A stretch of DNA of 58,278 nucleotides. Source: Clostridia bacterium. GTDB taxonomy: Bacteria; Bacillota; Clostridia; Christensenellales; UMGS416. The stretch is taken from positions 1-58,278 of the forward strand of contig DAOWFX010000015.1 of assembly GCA_030637745.1 (NCBI GenBank), written 5' to 3'. Every line of letters starts with the position of its first letter. Positions within the stretch are counted from its first letter, which is position 1. Below the pieces are notes generated by a model. That model was given only the letters and a program-made list of their open reading frames with translations, did not search any database and was not told where the DNA came from. Shown here in pieces: positions 19,080 to 28,654 of the stretch. The position numbers were made by a program, and so were the translations under genes.

Positions 19080-19415
19080 CTACCACTTGCCTTTGCCTAC
19101 ATGTCCTGCAAGCTCTGCCTTTGAACGCTGCTTTATGACCCACGCTTCATCTTTTGCATTATTAAAGACGCCAACACATGGAGGATCCAAGTTGATCTCA
19201 ATGCCTTCTTCTGCAAGTTTCTGAATTTTGGTTGCAAGATTGATCAATTCCATATGAATGTCATTGGTTCTATCAGCTGTATAAACCTTATTGGTAGCTT
19301 CTTCATCCAACTGATTAAACTTCTCTTTTGGAGCACCGCATTTGGGGCACTTATCGGGTGCATCTTCGCCTTCGTGGACATAGCCACATGCTGAGCATTT
19401 AAACAATTTCTTCAT
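19080..19415 (-). CDS. Rubredoxin-like domain protein
   Basis: CSACGY..PDKCPKCGA; C-terminal LDPPC..HVGKGKW. Confidence 0.85.
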   Translation of the reverse strand: MKKLFKCSACGYVHEGEDAPDKCPKCGAPKEKFNQLDEEATNKVYTADRTNDIHMELINLATKIQKLAEEGIEINLDPPCVGVFNNAKDEAWVIKQRSKAELAGHVGKGKW

Positions 19416-19487
19416 GTTTTCTCTCCTTTAAATATACTTTATTTTCTATGTTAAATTATACCACCGTTGACATGGTTCAACAAGCCT

Positions 19488-20102
19488 TTACTCACTTTCA
19501 ATGAGGGAAATAAATTTTCCATATCCTTCTTGTTCCATTTCATCTAGATGTATAAATAGTATAGATGAGCTATTGATGCAATAACGCAATCCGCCTCTGT
19601 CCTGTGGTCCATCAGGGAATACATGCCCTAAGTGCGAGTCTGCAACACGGCTTCTAACCTCTATGCGTACCATTCCAAAGCTTTCATCCTTGACTTCTAC
19701 GACAACATCGGGATCGATTGGCTTTACAAAGCTAGGCCATCCGCAACCGGAATCATACTTATCAGTGGATGTAAACAATGGTTCACCCGACACCACATCA
19801 ACATACAATCCTGGTTCATGGTTATCATCGTATTCATTGGAGAAGGCTCTATCCGTTTTGTTCATTTGCGTTACTTGATACTGTGCGTCTGTTAACTTTT
19901 CTTTGAGCTCAGCATCCGATGGTTTGCTGTAGTATGCAGGATTTACTCTTATTACACCTTCTTCTTCTACTAGACCTAGGTCGATATGACAGTACCCATT
20001 GGGATTCTTGTACAGATAATCTTGATGGTATTCTTCTGCAAGATAGTAATGTTCAAGCGTCGTGACTTCTGTCAAGATGGGATCATCATGTTTCTTTTTC
20101 AT
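19488..20102 (-). CDS. msrB: Peptide-methionine (R)-S-oxide reductase MsrB carrying only a C-terminal remnant of MsrA
   Basis: [25 protein letters not shown]; N-terminal [13 protein letters not shown]; no GCFWG. Confidence 0.9.
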   Translation of the reverse strand: MKKKHDDPILTEVTTLEHYYLAEEYHQDYLYKNPNGYCHIDLGLVEEEGVIRVNPAYYSKPSDAELKEKLTDAQYQVTQMNKTDRAFSNEYDDNHEPGLYVDVVSGEPLFTSTDKYDSGCGWPSFVKPIDPDVVVEVKDESFGMVRIEVRSRVADSHLGHVFPDGPQDRGGLRYCINSSSILFIHLDEMEQEGYGKFISLIESE

Positions 20103-20129
20103 AATAATCACTCCTTGTGATATGTTTTG

Positions 20130-20762
20130 TTATTGCATTTGTGACAATACATCATTCACCACATCATTGGAAACATGTCCAACCTTGGCTTCAAATATAT
20201 CGCCGTTGCTGTCGATAAATACTGATGTAGGGAAACCACGAATACCATATTCACGCATAGCTGATCCGCCTTCATCCAGGAGTACTGCAAAGTCCAGTCC
20301 TTGTCCTCTAAACCATTCCTCAAACTTGTCACTGGGCATTTCCCCACTTGACTTTGGTGCAACCATGGTGAGAATAACGACATCTTCATCATCAGCGTAG
20401 GCTTGGTCTAATTCTGAGAACTCACTCATACCAGCTAAGCATATTGAGCACCATGAAGCCCAGAACTTAACATATACTTTCTTACCTGTATAATCTGAGA
20501 CTTTGTGCGTGTTGCCATCTAGATCCATCAGTTCAAAATTGAATGCATCTCCCATAAATTCCATTGTCTCCTCGCTGTTTATTGTATCATCTTTAGTATC
20601 GTTCTTCATGTCGTCTTTGGTATCATATTTAGTTTCATCTGCCTTTTGTGTTGGCTCAATTATTTTCTCTATTGCTTTCTTTTCAGCAGGTGTACAAGCG
20701 CTAAACACGAGTACGAATACTACGATGAGTATTGCGATTGAAAGTATGTTTTTCTTTTTCAT
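20130..20762 (-). CDS. TlpA-family thiol-disulfide reductase lipoprotein
   Basis: Lipobox VFSAC; FWASWCSIC; GFPTS cis-Pro loop. Confidence 0.9.
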   Translation of the reverse strand: MKKKNILSIAILIVVFVLVFSACTPAEKKAIEKIIEPTQKADETKYDTKDDMKNDTKDDTINSEETMEFMGDAFNFELMDLDGNTHKVSDYTGKKVYVKFWASWCSICLAGMSEFSELDQAYADDEDVVILTMVAPKSSGEMPSDKFEEWFRGQGLDFAVLLDEGGSAMREYGIRGFPTSVFIDSNGDIFEAKVGHVSNDVVNDVLSQMQ

Positions 20763-20781
20763 TGTTCTATCCTCCTATAGG

Positions 20782-21513
20782 TTATGATATGGTTGGAGTT
20801 GGTGTGAACCATCCCGTAATTACATTTAGTTGATCGGTGAGTAGCAAAATTCCCATGATGATAATCAGGATTCCGCCGATTATTTGAATCTTCCTCATAT
20901 GCTTGTTGAGCTTTCTGAGTCGTTCTAAGAAGAAACCTGCAAACAGTGATATAAGTATGAATGGAATAGCCAATCCCAGTGAGTACAAAAACATTAGAAA
21001 TGCTGCATACACTGCAAGTCCTTGACTTCCTGCAATCCCTAAGACTGTTGCAAGTACTGGCCCAACACAGGGTGTCCACCCAAGTGAGAATGTCAATCCA
21101 AGTAAATATGCGCCAATCAAGCCACCACGTTTGCTTCCCTTGACCTCTACCTTTTTTTGTCTTTCTAAAAGCTTAATATTGAATAATCCGATTTGGTGCA
21201 GTCCTAAGATAATAACGATTGCACCACTGATATATAAAATAAGTCTACTGTTGATTACTTTGCCTAATGCGCCTGCACCAAAACCTAACAACACAAATGC
21301 TGTGGATAGTCCCAATGCAAAGATTAGTGTTTGGATAACCAGTCGTGGATTCACAAGACGTTTCTTCTTGCCTTCTTGATTGCTGATATCCTCTCCTGCA
21401 CTCTTGGACAAATATCCAACATATACAGGAAGTAGTGGGACAATACATGGTGCGAAGAACGACAATACGCCTGCGCCAAACACTATTAGTGGCAAAAATG
21501 CATTTTGATCCAT
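20782..21513 (-). CDS. ccdA: CcdA (DsbD-like) transmembrane electron carrier
   Basis: SFFAPCIVPL and WTPCVGP motifs; about six TMs. Confidence 0.93.
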   Translation of the reverse strand: MDQNAFLPLIVFGAGVLSFFAPCIVPLLPVYVGYLSKSAGEDISNQEGKKKRLVNPRLVIQTLIFALGLSTAFVLLGFGAGALGKVINSRLILYISGAIVIILGLHQIGLFNIKLLERQKKVEVKGSKRGGLIGAYLLGLTFSLGWTPCVGPVLATVLGIAGSQGLAVYAAFLMFLYSLGLAIPFILISLFAGFFLERLRKLNKHMRKIQIIGGILIIIMGILLLTDQLNVITGWFTPTPTIS

Positions 21514-21549
21514 GGTTTTCTCCTCCCTTGGTTTCTTATGTTTTTATTA

Positions 21550-21566
21550 TTGACCTTTTTGGTCAA
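21550..21566. promoter_or_regulatory. Inverted-repeat operator candidate upstream of ccdA
   Basis: TTGACC-N5-GGTCAA. Confidence 0.5.
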
Positions 21567-21705
21567 GTATGCAAGACTATCTTGAAATATTCATATTTAT
21601 TTAAAAAATACTCCATATTTCTGATAGATTGATTCGTGAATCCAATTATTTTATTACAAAACTAATAAGTATTCATTAAAATTAATATTTAGTACCTGAG
21701 ATGCC

Positions 21706-21734
21706 TTGACATTGGTATCAATAAATCCTAAAAT
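21706..21734 (+). promoter_or_regulatory. Sigma-A promoter of the symporter operon
   Basis: TTGACA, 17 nt, TAAAAT. Confidence 0.75.
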
Positions 21735-21754
21735 ATAATCAATATAACTAAAAA

Positions 21755-21846
21755 TTAGATGAGTATGGTAGAATGGTAGTTAGAGGGAGAATAGTTGAGT
21801 CAAGGGAGAATTATCCTCAAACAGTGCATTCTGTTTGGGGTTTTTA
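21755..21846 (+). promoter_or_regulatory. Attenuator leader: NAG-repeat tract followed by an intrinsic terminator
   Basis: About 10 (T/G/A)AG triplets in 21756-21808; hairpin CCTCAAACAG-TGCATT-CTGTTTGGGG-TTTTT before the first RBS. Confidence 0.65.
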
Positions 21847-21880
21847 TTATTTATATATAAATTGAAAGGGGGAGAACTAT

Positions 21881-22060
21881 ATGTTAGGAATACCGGACGC
21901 AGGTATCTGGCTTGCATATTTATTATGCATTGCATCAACTATACTATGTGTAGTCTATGGCATTATTAATTGGAATAAAGGCGAAGATACCAATGAAGTT
22001 TCCGTTCAAAAAGACATTGAGTGGGAAAACAAAGAAAAAGAAATCGACAGCAAGCTATAA
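21881..22060 (+). CDS. Symporter small accessory protein, 59 aa (missed by ORF track)
   Basis: GGGGGAG RBS; MLGIPDAGIWLAYLLCIASTILCVVYGIINWNKG..; directly precedes the SSS gene. Confidence 0.85.
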   Translation: MLGIPDAGIWLAYLLCIASTILCVVYGIINWNKGEDTNEVSVQKDIEWENKEKEIDSKL

Positions 22061-22088
22061 TATATCATTTTAAAGGAGAAATGAAATT

Positions 22089-23696
22089 ATGTTACTAAAG
22101 ATAATTATCACAATCGTATATCTTGCAATTGTCGCCTTCTTAGGTGTCATTGGATACAAGAATACGAAAAACACAAAAGACTTTTTACTAGGTGGACGTA
22201 ATATCCATCCCGCAATTATGGCGCTCTCTTATGGCGCAACATTTATATCAACTTCCGCTATCGTCGGCTTTGGCGGAACTGCAGGAGTTTTTGGATTTAG
22301 CCTATTATGGCTAACTTTCCTTAACATCTTCCTCGGTGTATTCATCGCATTTACTGTGTTTGGAAAACGTACACGTAAAATGGGTCACAACATTCAAGCC
22401 CATACATTTCCAGAATTTATGGGTAAAAGATATGAATCCAAGCTTGTACAGAAATTCTCAGGTGGTATGATATTTATCTTCATGCCGGTTTATACTGCAG
22501 CGGTCATGATCGGTGCATCCAAATTCTTGGAAACAGGATTTAATATGGACTACAATGTTGCATTGCTTGTATTTGCGGCAATTGTTGCAGCATACGTATT
22601 CTTTGGTGGTATCAAAGGTGTTATGTATTCAGATGCATTCCAAGGAACCATTATGTTAGTGGGTATGACTATACTATTGGTTACTGTATACTCAAAACTC
22701 GGCGGTGTCACAGAAGCACATACAAAATTAACAGACCTTATGAAGAATGCAGCCGTCATGGAACAGACTGCAGGCCTTGCAAAAGGTGGCTTCACAGGAT
22801 GGACTTCCATGCCTGAATTCTTCTCTAAATATTGGTGGATAGTAGTATCCTCAATCACACTCGGTGTTGGCATTGGCGTTCTAGCCCAACCACAACTCGC
22901 TGTGCGCTTCATGACTGTTAAAAGCGACAAAGAACTCAACCGCGCAATCCCAATCGGCGGAATATTTATACTTCTTATGACAGGTGTTGCTTTCCTAGTT
23001 GGATCAATGAGTAATATATTCTTCTTTGAGAAAACTGGCAAAATCGCAGTCGCAGCGTCCGGTGGAACAGATGGAATTATCCCCAACTTCTTGGACAGCT
23101 TTATGCCAGAATGGTTTGTTGCAATATTCCTCATCGTCCTGCTCGCTGCCGGTATGTCAACCATCTCATCACAATTGCATACTGTAGGTACTGCTGTGAG
23201 TCGCGATCTGTTTAATACTGAAAAAATGGAAGAAAAGAAATCAATGTTGATTTCAAGACTGGGCGTTTTGGTAGCCATCGTTATGACAATCGTCTTGGCA
23301 TATGTGCTTCCAACAGTTTGGGATGGTGCTATCGCAATCAGTACGGGACTGTTCTTTGGATTATGCGGGGCATCCTTCTTACCCATGTATGTCGGCGCAC
23401 TCTACTTCCCAAAACTTTCAAAAACTGCGGCGCTTTCGGGTATGTTCTCAGGCTTTGGCGCAAGCTTATTATGGATGATGTTCTTCCACTCCAAAGAGTC
23501 TGTAGTACTTAAAGCATGTCAAGCCATCTTCGGTAAGCCCACACTTGCACCGGAAGGTACAATGATTCAATTTGTCGATCCTATCGTTATTGCATTGACA
23601 CTTTCAATCCTGGTGACTGTTATTGTAGGTCTTGCAACTAAATCTAAATACGAGCAAAAACATATTGACGAGTGCTTCGAAGGCATTGGAAAATAA
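22089..23696 (+). CDS. Sodium:solute symporter (PutP/PanF-like)
   Basis: DFLLGGR, SYGATFISTSAIVG, YVFFGG..DAFQG, AAGMST; about 13 TMs. Confidence 0.93.
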   Translation: MLLKIIITIVYLAIVAFLGVIGYKNTKNTKDFLLGGRNIHPAIMALSYGATFISTSAIVGFGGTAGVFGFSLLWLTFLNIFLGVFIAFTVFGKRTRKMGHNIQAHTFPEFMGKRYESKLVQKFSGGMIFIFMPVYTAAVMIGASKFLETGFNMDYNVALLVFAAIVAAYVFFGGIKGVMYSDAFQGTIMLVGMTILLVTVYSKLGGVTEAHTKLTDLMKNAAVMEQTAGLAKGGFTGWTSMPEFFSKYWWIVVSSITLGVGIGVLAQPQLAVRFMTVKSDKELNRAIPIGGIFILLMTGVAFLVGSMSNIFFFEKTGKIAVAASGGTDGIIPNFLDSFMPEWFVAIFLIVLLAAGMSTISSQLHTVGTAVSRDLFNTEKMEEKKSMLISRLGVLVAIVMTIVLAYVLPTVWDGAIAISTGLFFGLCGASFLPMYVGALYFPKLSKTAALSGMFSGFGASLLWMMFFHSKESVVLKACQAIFGKPTLAPEGTMIQFVDPIVIALTLSILVTVIVGLATKSKYEQKHIDECFEGIGK

Positions 23697-23754
23697 TAGT
23701 TTAAAATCTTTCTTATATTTTTGTTTCGAGGCTGCCAATTGGTAGCCTATTTTT

Positions 23755-24165
23755 TTAGTTCATTAGGTCATTTAGTGCGGTTTTTGCTTTTCCAAAGCTC
23801 AGTCCGTTTACCGTTGCCACATCTTTTATGAGTTGGCTCTCGTCATCATATTCGCCAAGGACACCTATTATTTGCTCTTGGCTTAACCCCATGTCGAGTG
23901 CGTTCTTTATCGTGAATGAGCCGGTAACTTCAGTTGTGCTTCCGTGCACTTTGACATCTTCTGTGTTTTCTATAACATCACGGTCGTCAGAGGCTATGTT
24001 TTTGCCCTCATCCACATGAGATTCAGATTCGCTCTTTTCTGACTCGTGACCTCGTCCACCCCCTGAGTTTTTAGTTTGCCACCATCCAAGATTCTGGCTT
24101 AGTGCCACACTTCCGAATACTACAACAAGTATACTAACTGCAACTACAATTCTATTTATTTTCAT
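23755..24165 (-). CDS. Membrane-anchored hypothetical protein
   Basis: N-terminal TM, GWWQTK, GGGRG linker; overlaps the upstream 4Fe-4S gene. Confidence 0.7.
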   Translation of the reverse strand: MKINRIVVAVSILVVVFGSVALSQNLGWWQTKNSGGGRGHESEKSESESHVDEGKNIASDDRDVIENTEDVKVHGSTTEVTGSFTIKNALDMGLSQEQIIGVLGEYDDESQLIKDVATVNGLSFGKAKTALNDLMN

Positions 24166-25036
24166 CTTTTGCCTCCTTTACTTTTCCAAACTTAAAAGAC
24201 AAAGAGTTTGGCTTGCAAATGCCGTCATCTGTACATTTTAGGCATTTATTACACAATCCATCATAAACCACTTTTTTATTTTGAATATCAATATTCATCG
24301 GGCAATTTATGTTGCACAGGGAGCAACTTGTGCAGGTATCAGTATTTCTTTTAATCTTGAAGATTGAAATCTTACCGACAAGTCCTAGGAAAGCTCCATA
24401 TGGGCAAGCGTATTTGCACCAAGGACGCTCTACAAAAAGAGAACCTATAAGAGTTGCTCCCAAAACGACTAGACTTCCTATTGTTACTTCATCGGTAAAG
24501 AAGTGATACATCGCGTAATAGGGGTCTACTTCTAGGAATATTAAAGATGCTGCGTTGTAGGTTAGAACTACTACCGCAATCAAAGACACATATCTGAAAT
24601 ACTTTAAAACATTGTGAACTTTCTGTGGAATAAAGGTGTTATATCTCTTCTTGAATATCTTTTTGCCAATCTTTCCAATCCATTCTTGTATCGAGCCCAG
24701 AGGGCAGATAAACGAGCAGAAAACGGCACCAAAGATAAGCGTCAAAATGATAATGATTCCCGTCATTACAAGTGTCGATAGTTGAAGTTGTCTAACTAAT
24801 GTGCCTGCAGAAAGTAAGCTAAGCACGCTTTCGATTCCCCCAAATGGACAAATAGCATGCAATGAAACATTGGGCAAAAATGTAAATGGCGCAATTCCTT
24901 CTTCGCCTATGACATGATTTATAGCAAACATGCCAATAAGGACAAAAAAGAAAATCTGCATTACGTATCTTACCCATTTTGTTTTGATCTTCATGAATAA
25001 TTCTCCTTTAAATGATGTGGTTAATAGCCTACACAA
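24152..25036 (-). CDS. NapH/YccM-like membrane 4Fe-4S binding protein (start likely MKIKT ~24994)
   Basis: HAICPFG, FCSFICPLG, WCKYACPYG, CTSCSLCNINCPM. Confidence 0.88.
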   Translation of the reverse strand: MCRLLTTSFKGELFMKIKTKWVRYVMQIFFFVLIGMFAINHVIGEEGIAPFTFLPNVSLHAICPFGGIESVLSLLSAGTLVRQLQLSTLVMTGIIIILTLIFGAVFCSFICPLGSIQEWIGKIGKKIFKKRYNTFIPQKVHNVLKYFRYVSLIAVVVLTYNAASLIFLEVDPYYAMYHFFTDEVTIGSLVVLGATLIGSLFVERPWCKYACPYGAFLGLVGKISIFKIKRNTDTCTSCSLCNINCPMNIDIQNKKVVYDGLCNKCLKCTDDGICKPNSLSFKFGKVKEAKDENK

Positions 25037-25061
25037 TCAATGTAATAACAATTTGTTGAAT

Positions 25062-25898
25062 TTATTTCCGAATTGTGAACTTTTGCTCTATTGCAGATGT
25101 GGGACAAACATGCCTACAATCTCCGCAACGTATGCATGATGTGCAGTTCGGTGACTCTGATGTGTAGATGTCTAGCTTACATACATCTTCACATTTTCTG
25201 CAATGTATGCACTTATCTTGATCCACTGACATCCTTAGTAGTGATATTTTATTGAACAGTCCATAGATAGCACCAAGTGGGCACAAAAATCTACAGAAGA
25301 AACGATATATGAATATGGACATCACGAGGATTACGACTGCAAGCGATACTTTCCAGAAAAACAACAAACCGATAGACTGCTGTAGTCCTGCGTTTAAGGT
25401 CACCAGTGGTATGCCTGCAAATATCGTACCGGATGGGCAGATATACTTGCAAAACCATGGGTCGCCCAAACCAAAGCTATTCACTGCCAATAGTGGTAAT
25501 GCAATTACGAAAACGATGAGCACTACATATTTAAAATGAGTAAGCCACTTCAATTTCTTTGCAATCTTTAATTTCTTGCTAGGAATTTTGTGTAAAAGAT
25601 CTTGTGTCCAACCGAATGGGCACAGCCATCCGCAAATCCATTTGCCTGCGATGGTGCCAAAGAGCACAAGGAGCCCTGTCACATAAAATGAAAACTTATA
25701 TTTGTAGTCGCCAATTACCGATTGCAATGCTCCGATTGGGCACGAGCCGATAGCCGATGGACATGAATAGCAATTAAGTCCCGGTACACAGATGTATTTG
25801 GCGTTGCCTTGATAGATCCTGCCTTTAAAAATATTGCCTACAATTGGATTTGCAGCAAGAGATGCAAACAATTGTACAATCCAACGCTTTATCCGCAT
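25062..25898 (-). CDS. Membrane 4Fe-4S binding protein
   Basis: CVPGLNCYSCP, CGWLCPFG, FCKYICP, FCRFLCP, two ferredoxin motifs; start coupled to the upstream stop (TGATG). Confidence 0.9.
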   Translation of the reverse strand: MRIKRWIVQLFASLAANPIVGNIFKGRIYQGNAKYICVPGLNCYSCPSAIGSCPIGALQSVIGDYKYKFSFYVTGLLVLFGTIAGKWICGWLCPFGWTQDLLHKIPSKKLKIAKKLKWLTHFKYVVLIVFVIALPLLAVNSFGLGDPWFCKYICPSGTIFAGIPLVTLNAGLQQSIGLLFFWKVSLAVVILVMSIFIYRFFCRFLCPLGAIYGLFNKISLLRMSVDQDKCIHCRKCEDVCKLDIYTSESPNCTSCIRCGDCRHVCPTSAIEQKFTIRK

Positions 25899-26038
25899 CA
25901 GCCGATACCTATGCACTCAAGGCAGATGTAGATTGCCTTATTGAGTACAGTCAACACCTCGTCGCGAAAGATGCCGATGATGATGAAGGACACGGCTACA
26001 ATGAGCAAGGTGATTCGCATGGACATACGCTTTTTCAT
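25898..26038 (-). CDS. CD1871A-family small CXXC membrane protein, 46 aa (missed by ORF track)
   Basis: MKKRMSMRITLLIVAVSFIIIGIFRDEVLTVLNKAIYICLECIGIG*. Confidence 0.85.
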   Translation of the reverse strand: MKKRMSMRITLLIVAVSFIIIGIFRDEVLTVLNKAIYICLECIGIG

Positions 26039-26121
26039 GTGATTATTATAGCATAGAATTTATGATATTAATTAATAAAAAAGCATCCGAAGATGCTTTT
26101 TATACCATGTCATTCTACTAT

Positions 26122-26994
26122 TTATTTTATCGGGAGCCAAATCTCCGACTTATAATCCATTACATTATTGACATACCCTTCAGTATAGTATTCAATATCA
26201 GGTACAGCTCTATTTATTTCATAATCATTGGAGGGTAACCATGATGCTGATATTTCATCCCATAGTTTTTGTATTGCAACAGGCATAGGACCAATACATT
26301 CAAAAATTGCCCATTTTGATTTAGGAAATGTGAACACCTTTAATCCATCATTATTTGAATTATAATCAACAGCTATTGCATACTCAAATGTTGACTCACC
26401 TTCTTTGCATGGATAACATATTCCATACTTTCTGCCACCCTCATCTTTTTGACCACTCATTTTGCACATTGTATCAATGGTTTTGTTTTTATAAAGCTTA
26501 TCCCAAAATTCTGGAAGCTCCTTATAGTTCTTTTGGTCGTCAATGGTTGTTATTATAGAATGACCCATAAGTTTAAACTCGTCTTTTTCAACAATCTTGT
26601 AATTCATTTTTGCATCTCCAATTATTTTTATTTGAAAGAGGAGTTTTGCATATGAAATGAATTCATGATCGCTATTTTTCACATACGATGGTGATATTCC
26701 ATGAAAATCTTTAAATGCTCTGGAAAAACTTTCAGATGAGGAATATCCATAATCGATCGCAACATCAATGACTTTTTTGCCTATTTGAAGATCGGATACT
26801 GCTAATGTCATTTTTCTGCTTTTAATGTAGTTTGCTAATGATATTCCACTTGCCGCTTCAAACATACGATAAAAGTATAATCGTGATAAACAAGATATTG
26901 TGCACAAAATATCCATATCAATAGTTTCTCTTATGTTCTCTTCAATATAGGTAATACAATCATTTAGCCGATTTATCCACTTCATACATCTCAC
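26122..26994 (-). CDS. AraC family regulator with GyrI-like effector domain
   Basis: YIEENI..YGYSSSESFSRAFK..HGISP; C-terminal WAIFECIG, EIWLPI. Confidence 0.92.
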   Translation of the reverse strand: MRCMKWINRLNDCITYIEENIRETIDMDILCTISCLSRLYFYRMFEAASGISLANYIKSRKMTLAVSDLQIGKKVIDVAIDYGYSSSESFSRAFKDFHGISPSYVKNSDHEFISYAKLLFQIKIIGDAKMNYKIVEKDEFKLMGHSIITTIDDQKNYKELPEFWDKLYKNKTIDTMCKMSGQKDEGGRKYGICYPCKEGESTFEYAIAVDYNSNNDGLKVFTFPKSKWAIFECIGPMPVAIQKLWDEISASWLPSNDYEINRAVPDIEYYTEGYVNNVMDYKSEIWLPIK

Positions 26995-27288
26995 CTCTCT
27001 TTCAATAAAATACTAACATCCGTGAAATTCTATTGCATGATAATAGCTGTCTTCATATATCATATAACAATAGCCTTATTGATAACCATTTTAAATCATC
27101 AATGCTATGTAAGACAAGATTGAAATGAATGAATCAAACATAGTTCATAAACTCTATCATCCAATTATGCAAACTGCTTAAATAATTTTCATATATGATT
27201 TCAGAAATATATTGCTAAAAAGGACTCTCGTAAATTAAAAGTCCTTTTTGCTTCTTAAATTAGTTTACTGTTATTTGTTTTCTGTCAT

Positions 27289-28380
27289 TTAGTTTCTTGC
27301 ATCAATCATATTCTTTGCAATTCTTGCTTCTTTAACACAAAATTCTATAATCTCGAGAAAGCGCTTCTTTGCTTCTTCAGTTTTTGCTTTTCTCAAGTCA
27401 TCCAAGCATCTAAACGTCCAATGAAGAGCAATCGTAATCGTATAGCCCAGATATATATCATCAGGAACTCCTTGCCAACCTGTATCGCTAAGCCCCTTTA
27501 TGTAGTATATAAGTTGTATTTCTTTAATGTCTTGTGCGTTACCAATGGGCAGTGTTTCTTTATAAACAAGGGCTTCAAGGGTAAAGTCTGCAATATCTTC
27601 ACCTAACACACCAATGCCTGTTGTATCCCAGTCGATTACCACCACTTGTTCGTTACCCTTATCATCTTCATTAATAAAGATATTTTCGTAGTTATAGTCC
27701 CTATGGCATAATGTGAAGGGTAGTTTAGCCAATGTTTGCATGAATAGGTCGATATAGCTCCATACTTCCAATACTGATTGCTTGAATTCTTTTGAAAGAT
27801 AAGCTGCTTTTTCATCACACAATAGCCAGTCCACACTCCAAGTTCCCCATGAGGTAGCATAGACTATAGGTACGTGACGTGAGCTTAACCATACTTCTTG
27901 TGGAATATTACGGAGGCTTCCATGAAATAATCCTAGTTGGTAGGCAGGTACATTAAAATCTTCTTTCATGAAGGTATCTCCGTTTTTACCATTTATCAAC
28001 TCCAGCCAAAGAACTATTTCATCATTGGATATCTCATCGATTAAGTAGCACTTTGGTACTCTAAAATTATCGGGTAAGCTATTAAATACTCCACTCTTAT
28101 ACATCATTGATTCACGATTCCATGACATGGGATCACCATATCGTTGAAATCTTTTCACTTTTTTGTATACCAGTTCAAAACTGCTTTGATTATTATCTGA
28201 ACCTATCCCTGCACCATATATTTTGTATACATCACCGATTGAGCCATCTGCCATCTTTTCAAAATTAATAGTTGTAATTTGAAAAATGTCATCTTCTTTT
28301 AATATCCGTATAACTTCCAGCACTTTTTTCTCTTCTACACTTATTGTGTCGGTCAAATTTCTCATGTTTTCATTATTCAT
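27289..28380 (-). CDS. Aminoglycoside phosphotransferase/choline kinase-like protein
   Basis: LCHRDYNYENI (Brenner motif), VIDWD, GEDIA. Confidence 0.8.
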   Translation of the reverse strand: MNNENMRNLTDTISVEEKKVLEVIRILKEDDIFQITTINFEKMADGSIGDVYKIYGAGIGSDNNQSSFELVYKKVKRFQRYGDPMSWNRESMMYKSGVFNSLPDNFRVPKCYLIDEISNDEIVLWLELINGKNGDTFMKEDFNVPAYQLGLFHGSLRNIPQEVWLSSRHVPIVYATSWGTWSVDWLLCDEKAAYLSKEFKQSVLEVWSYIDLFMQTLAKLPFTLCHRDYNYENIFINEDDKGNEQVVVIDWDTTGIGVLGEDIADFTLEALVYKETLPIGNAQDIKEIQLIYYIKGLSDTGWQGVPDDIYLGYTITIALHWTFRCLDDLRKAKTEEAKKRFLEIIEFCVKEARIAKNMIDARN

Positions 28381-28537
28381 ATATGTGTTATTCTCCTTAT
28401 GGTCGAAAGTTTAAGCATCAAAAAAATCGCAAAGCAATTTGCGATTGATATTATAAGCAATGTACAAAATGCACATGCTTAATCTATTAACGAAAAAACT
28501 TCTTATGGTTGCAGAAAAATTTTCTGCAAATATTCAA

Positions 28538-28576
28538 TTATGGTAGAGAATCCTCTATTCGTATGAGCCGATGCAT
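28538..28576 (-). CDS. Putative leader peptide MHRLIRIEDSLP
   Basis: Strong GAGGGGAG RBS; lies in the ~230-nt leader of the phosphotransferase gene, upstream of a terminator hairpin at ~28420-28447. Confidence 0.5.
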   Translation of the reverse strand: MHRLIRIEDSLP

Positions 28577-28654
28577 CTCACTCACTCCCCTCACATATAG
28601 TGAAGCTATTATATAATAAATTATTCTATATTACAAAATATGATTAATAACAAA

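Noticed and set aside
22550-23386. Long antisense ORFs (also 18250-18903, 14592-15077, 49606-50100, 52750-53211)
   Set aside because: They lie opposite well-supported genes and have no motifs; typical codon-bias shadows
25898-25900. TGA after the CXXC peptide as selenocysteine read-through
   Set aside because: CIGIG is the normal family C-terminus, and the TGA overlaps the next ATG (translational coupling)
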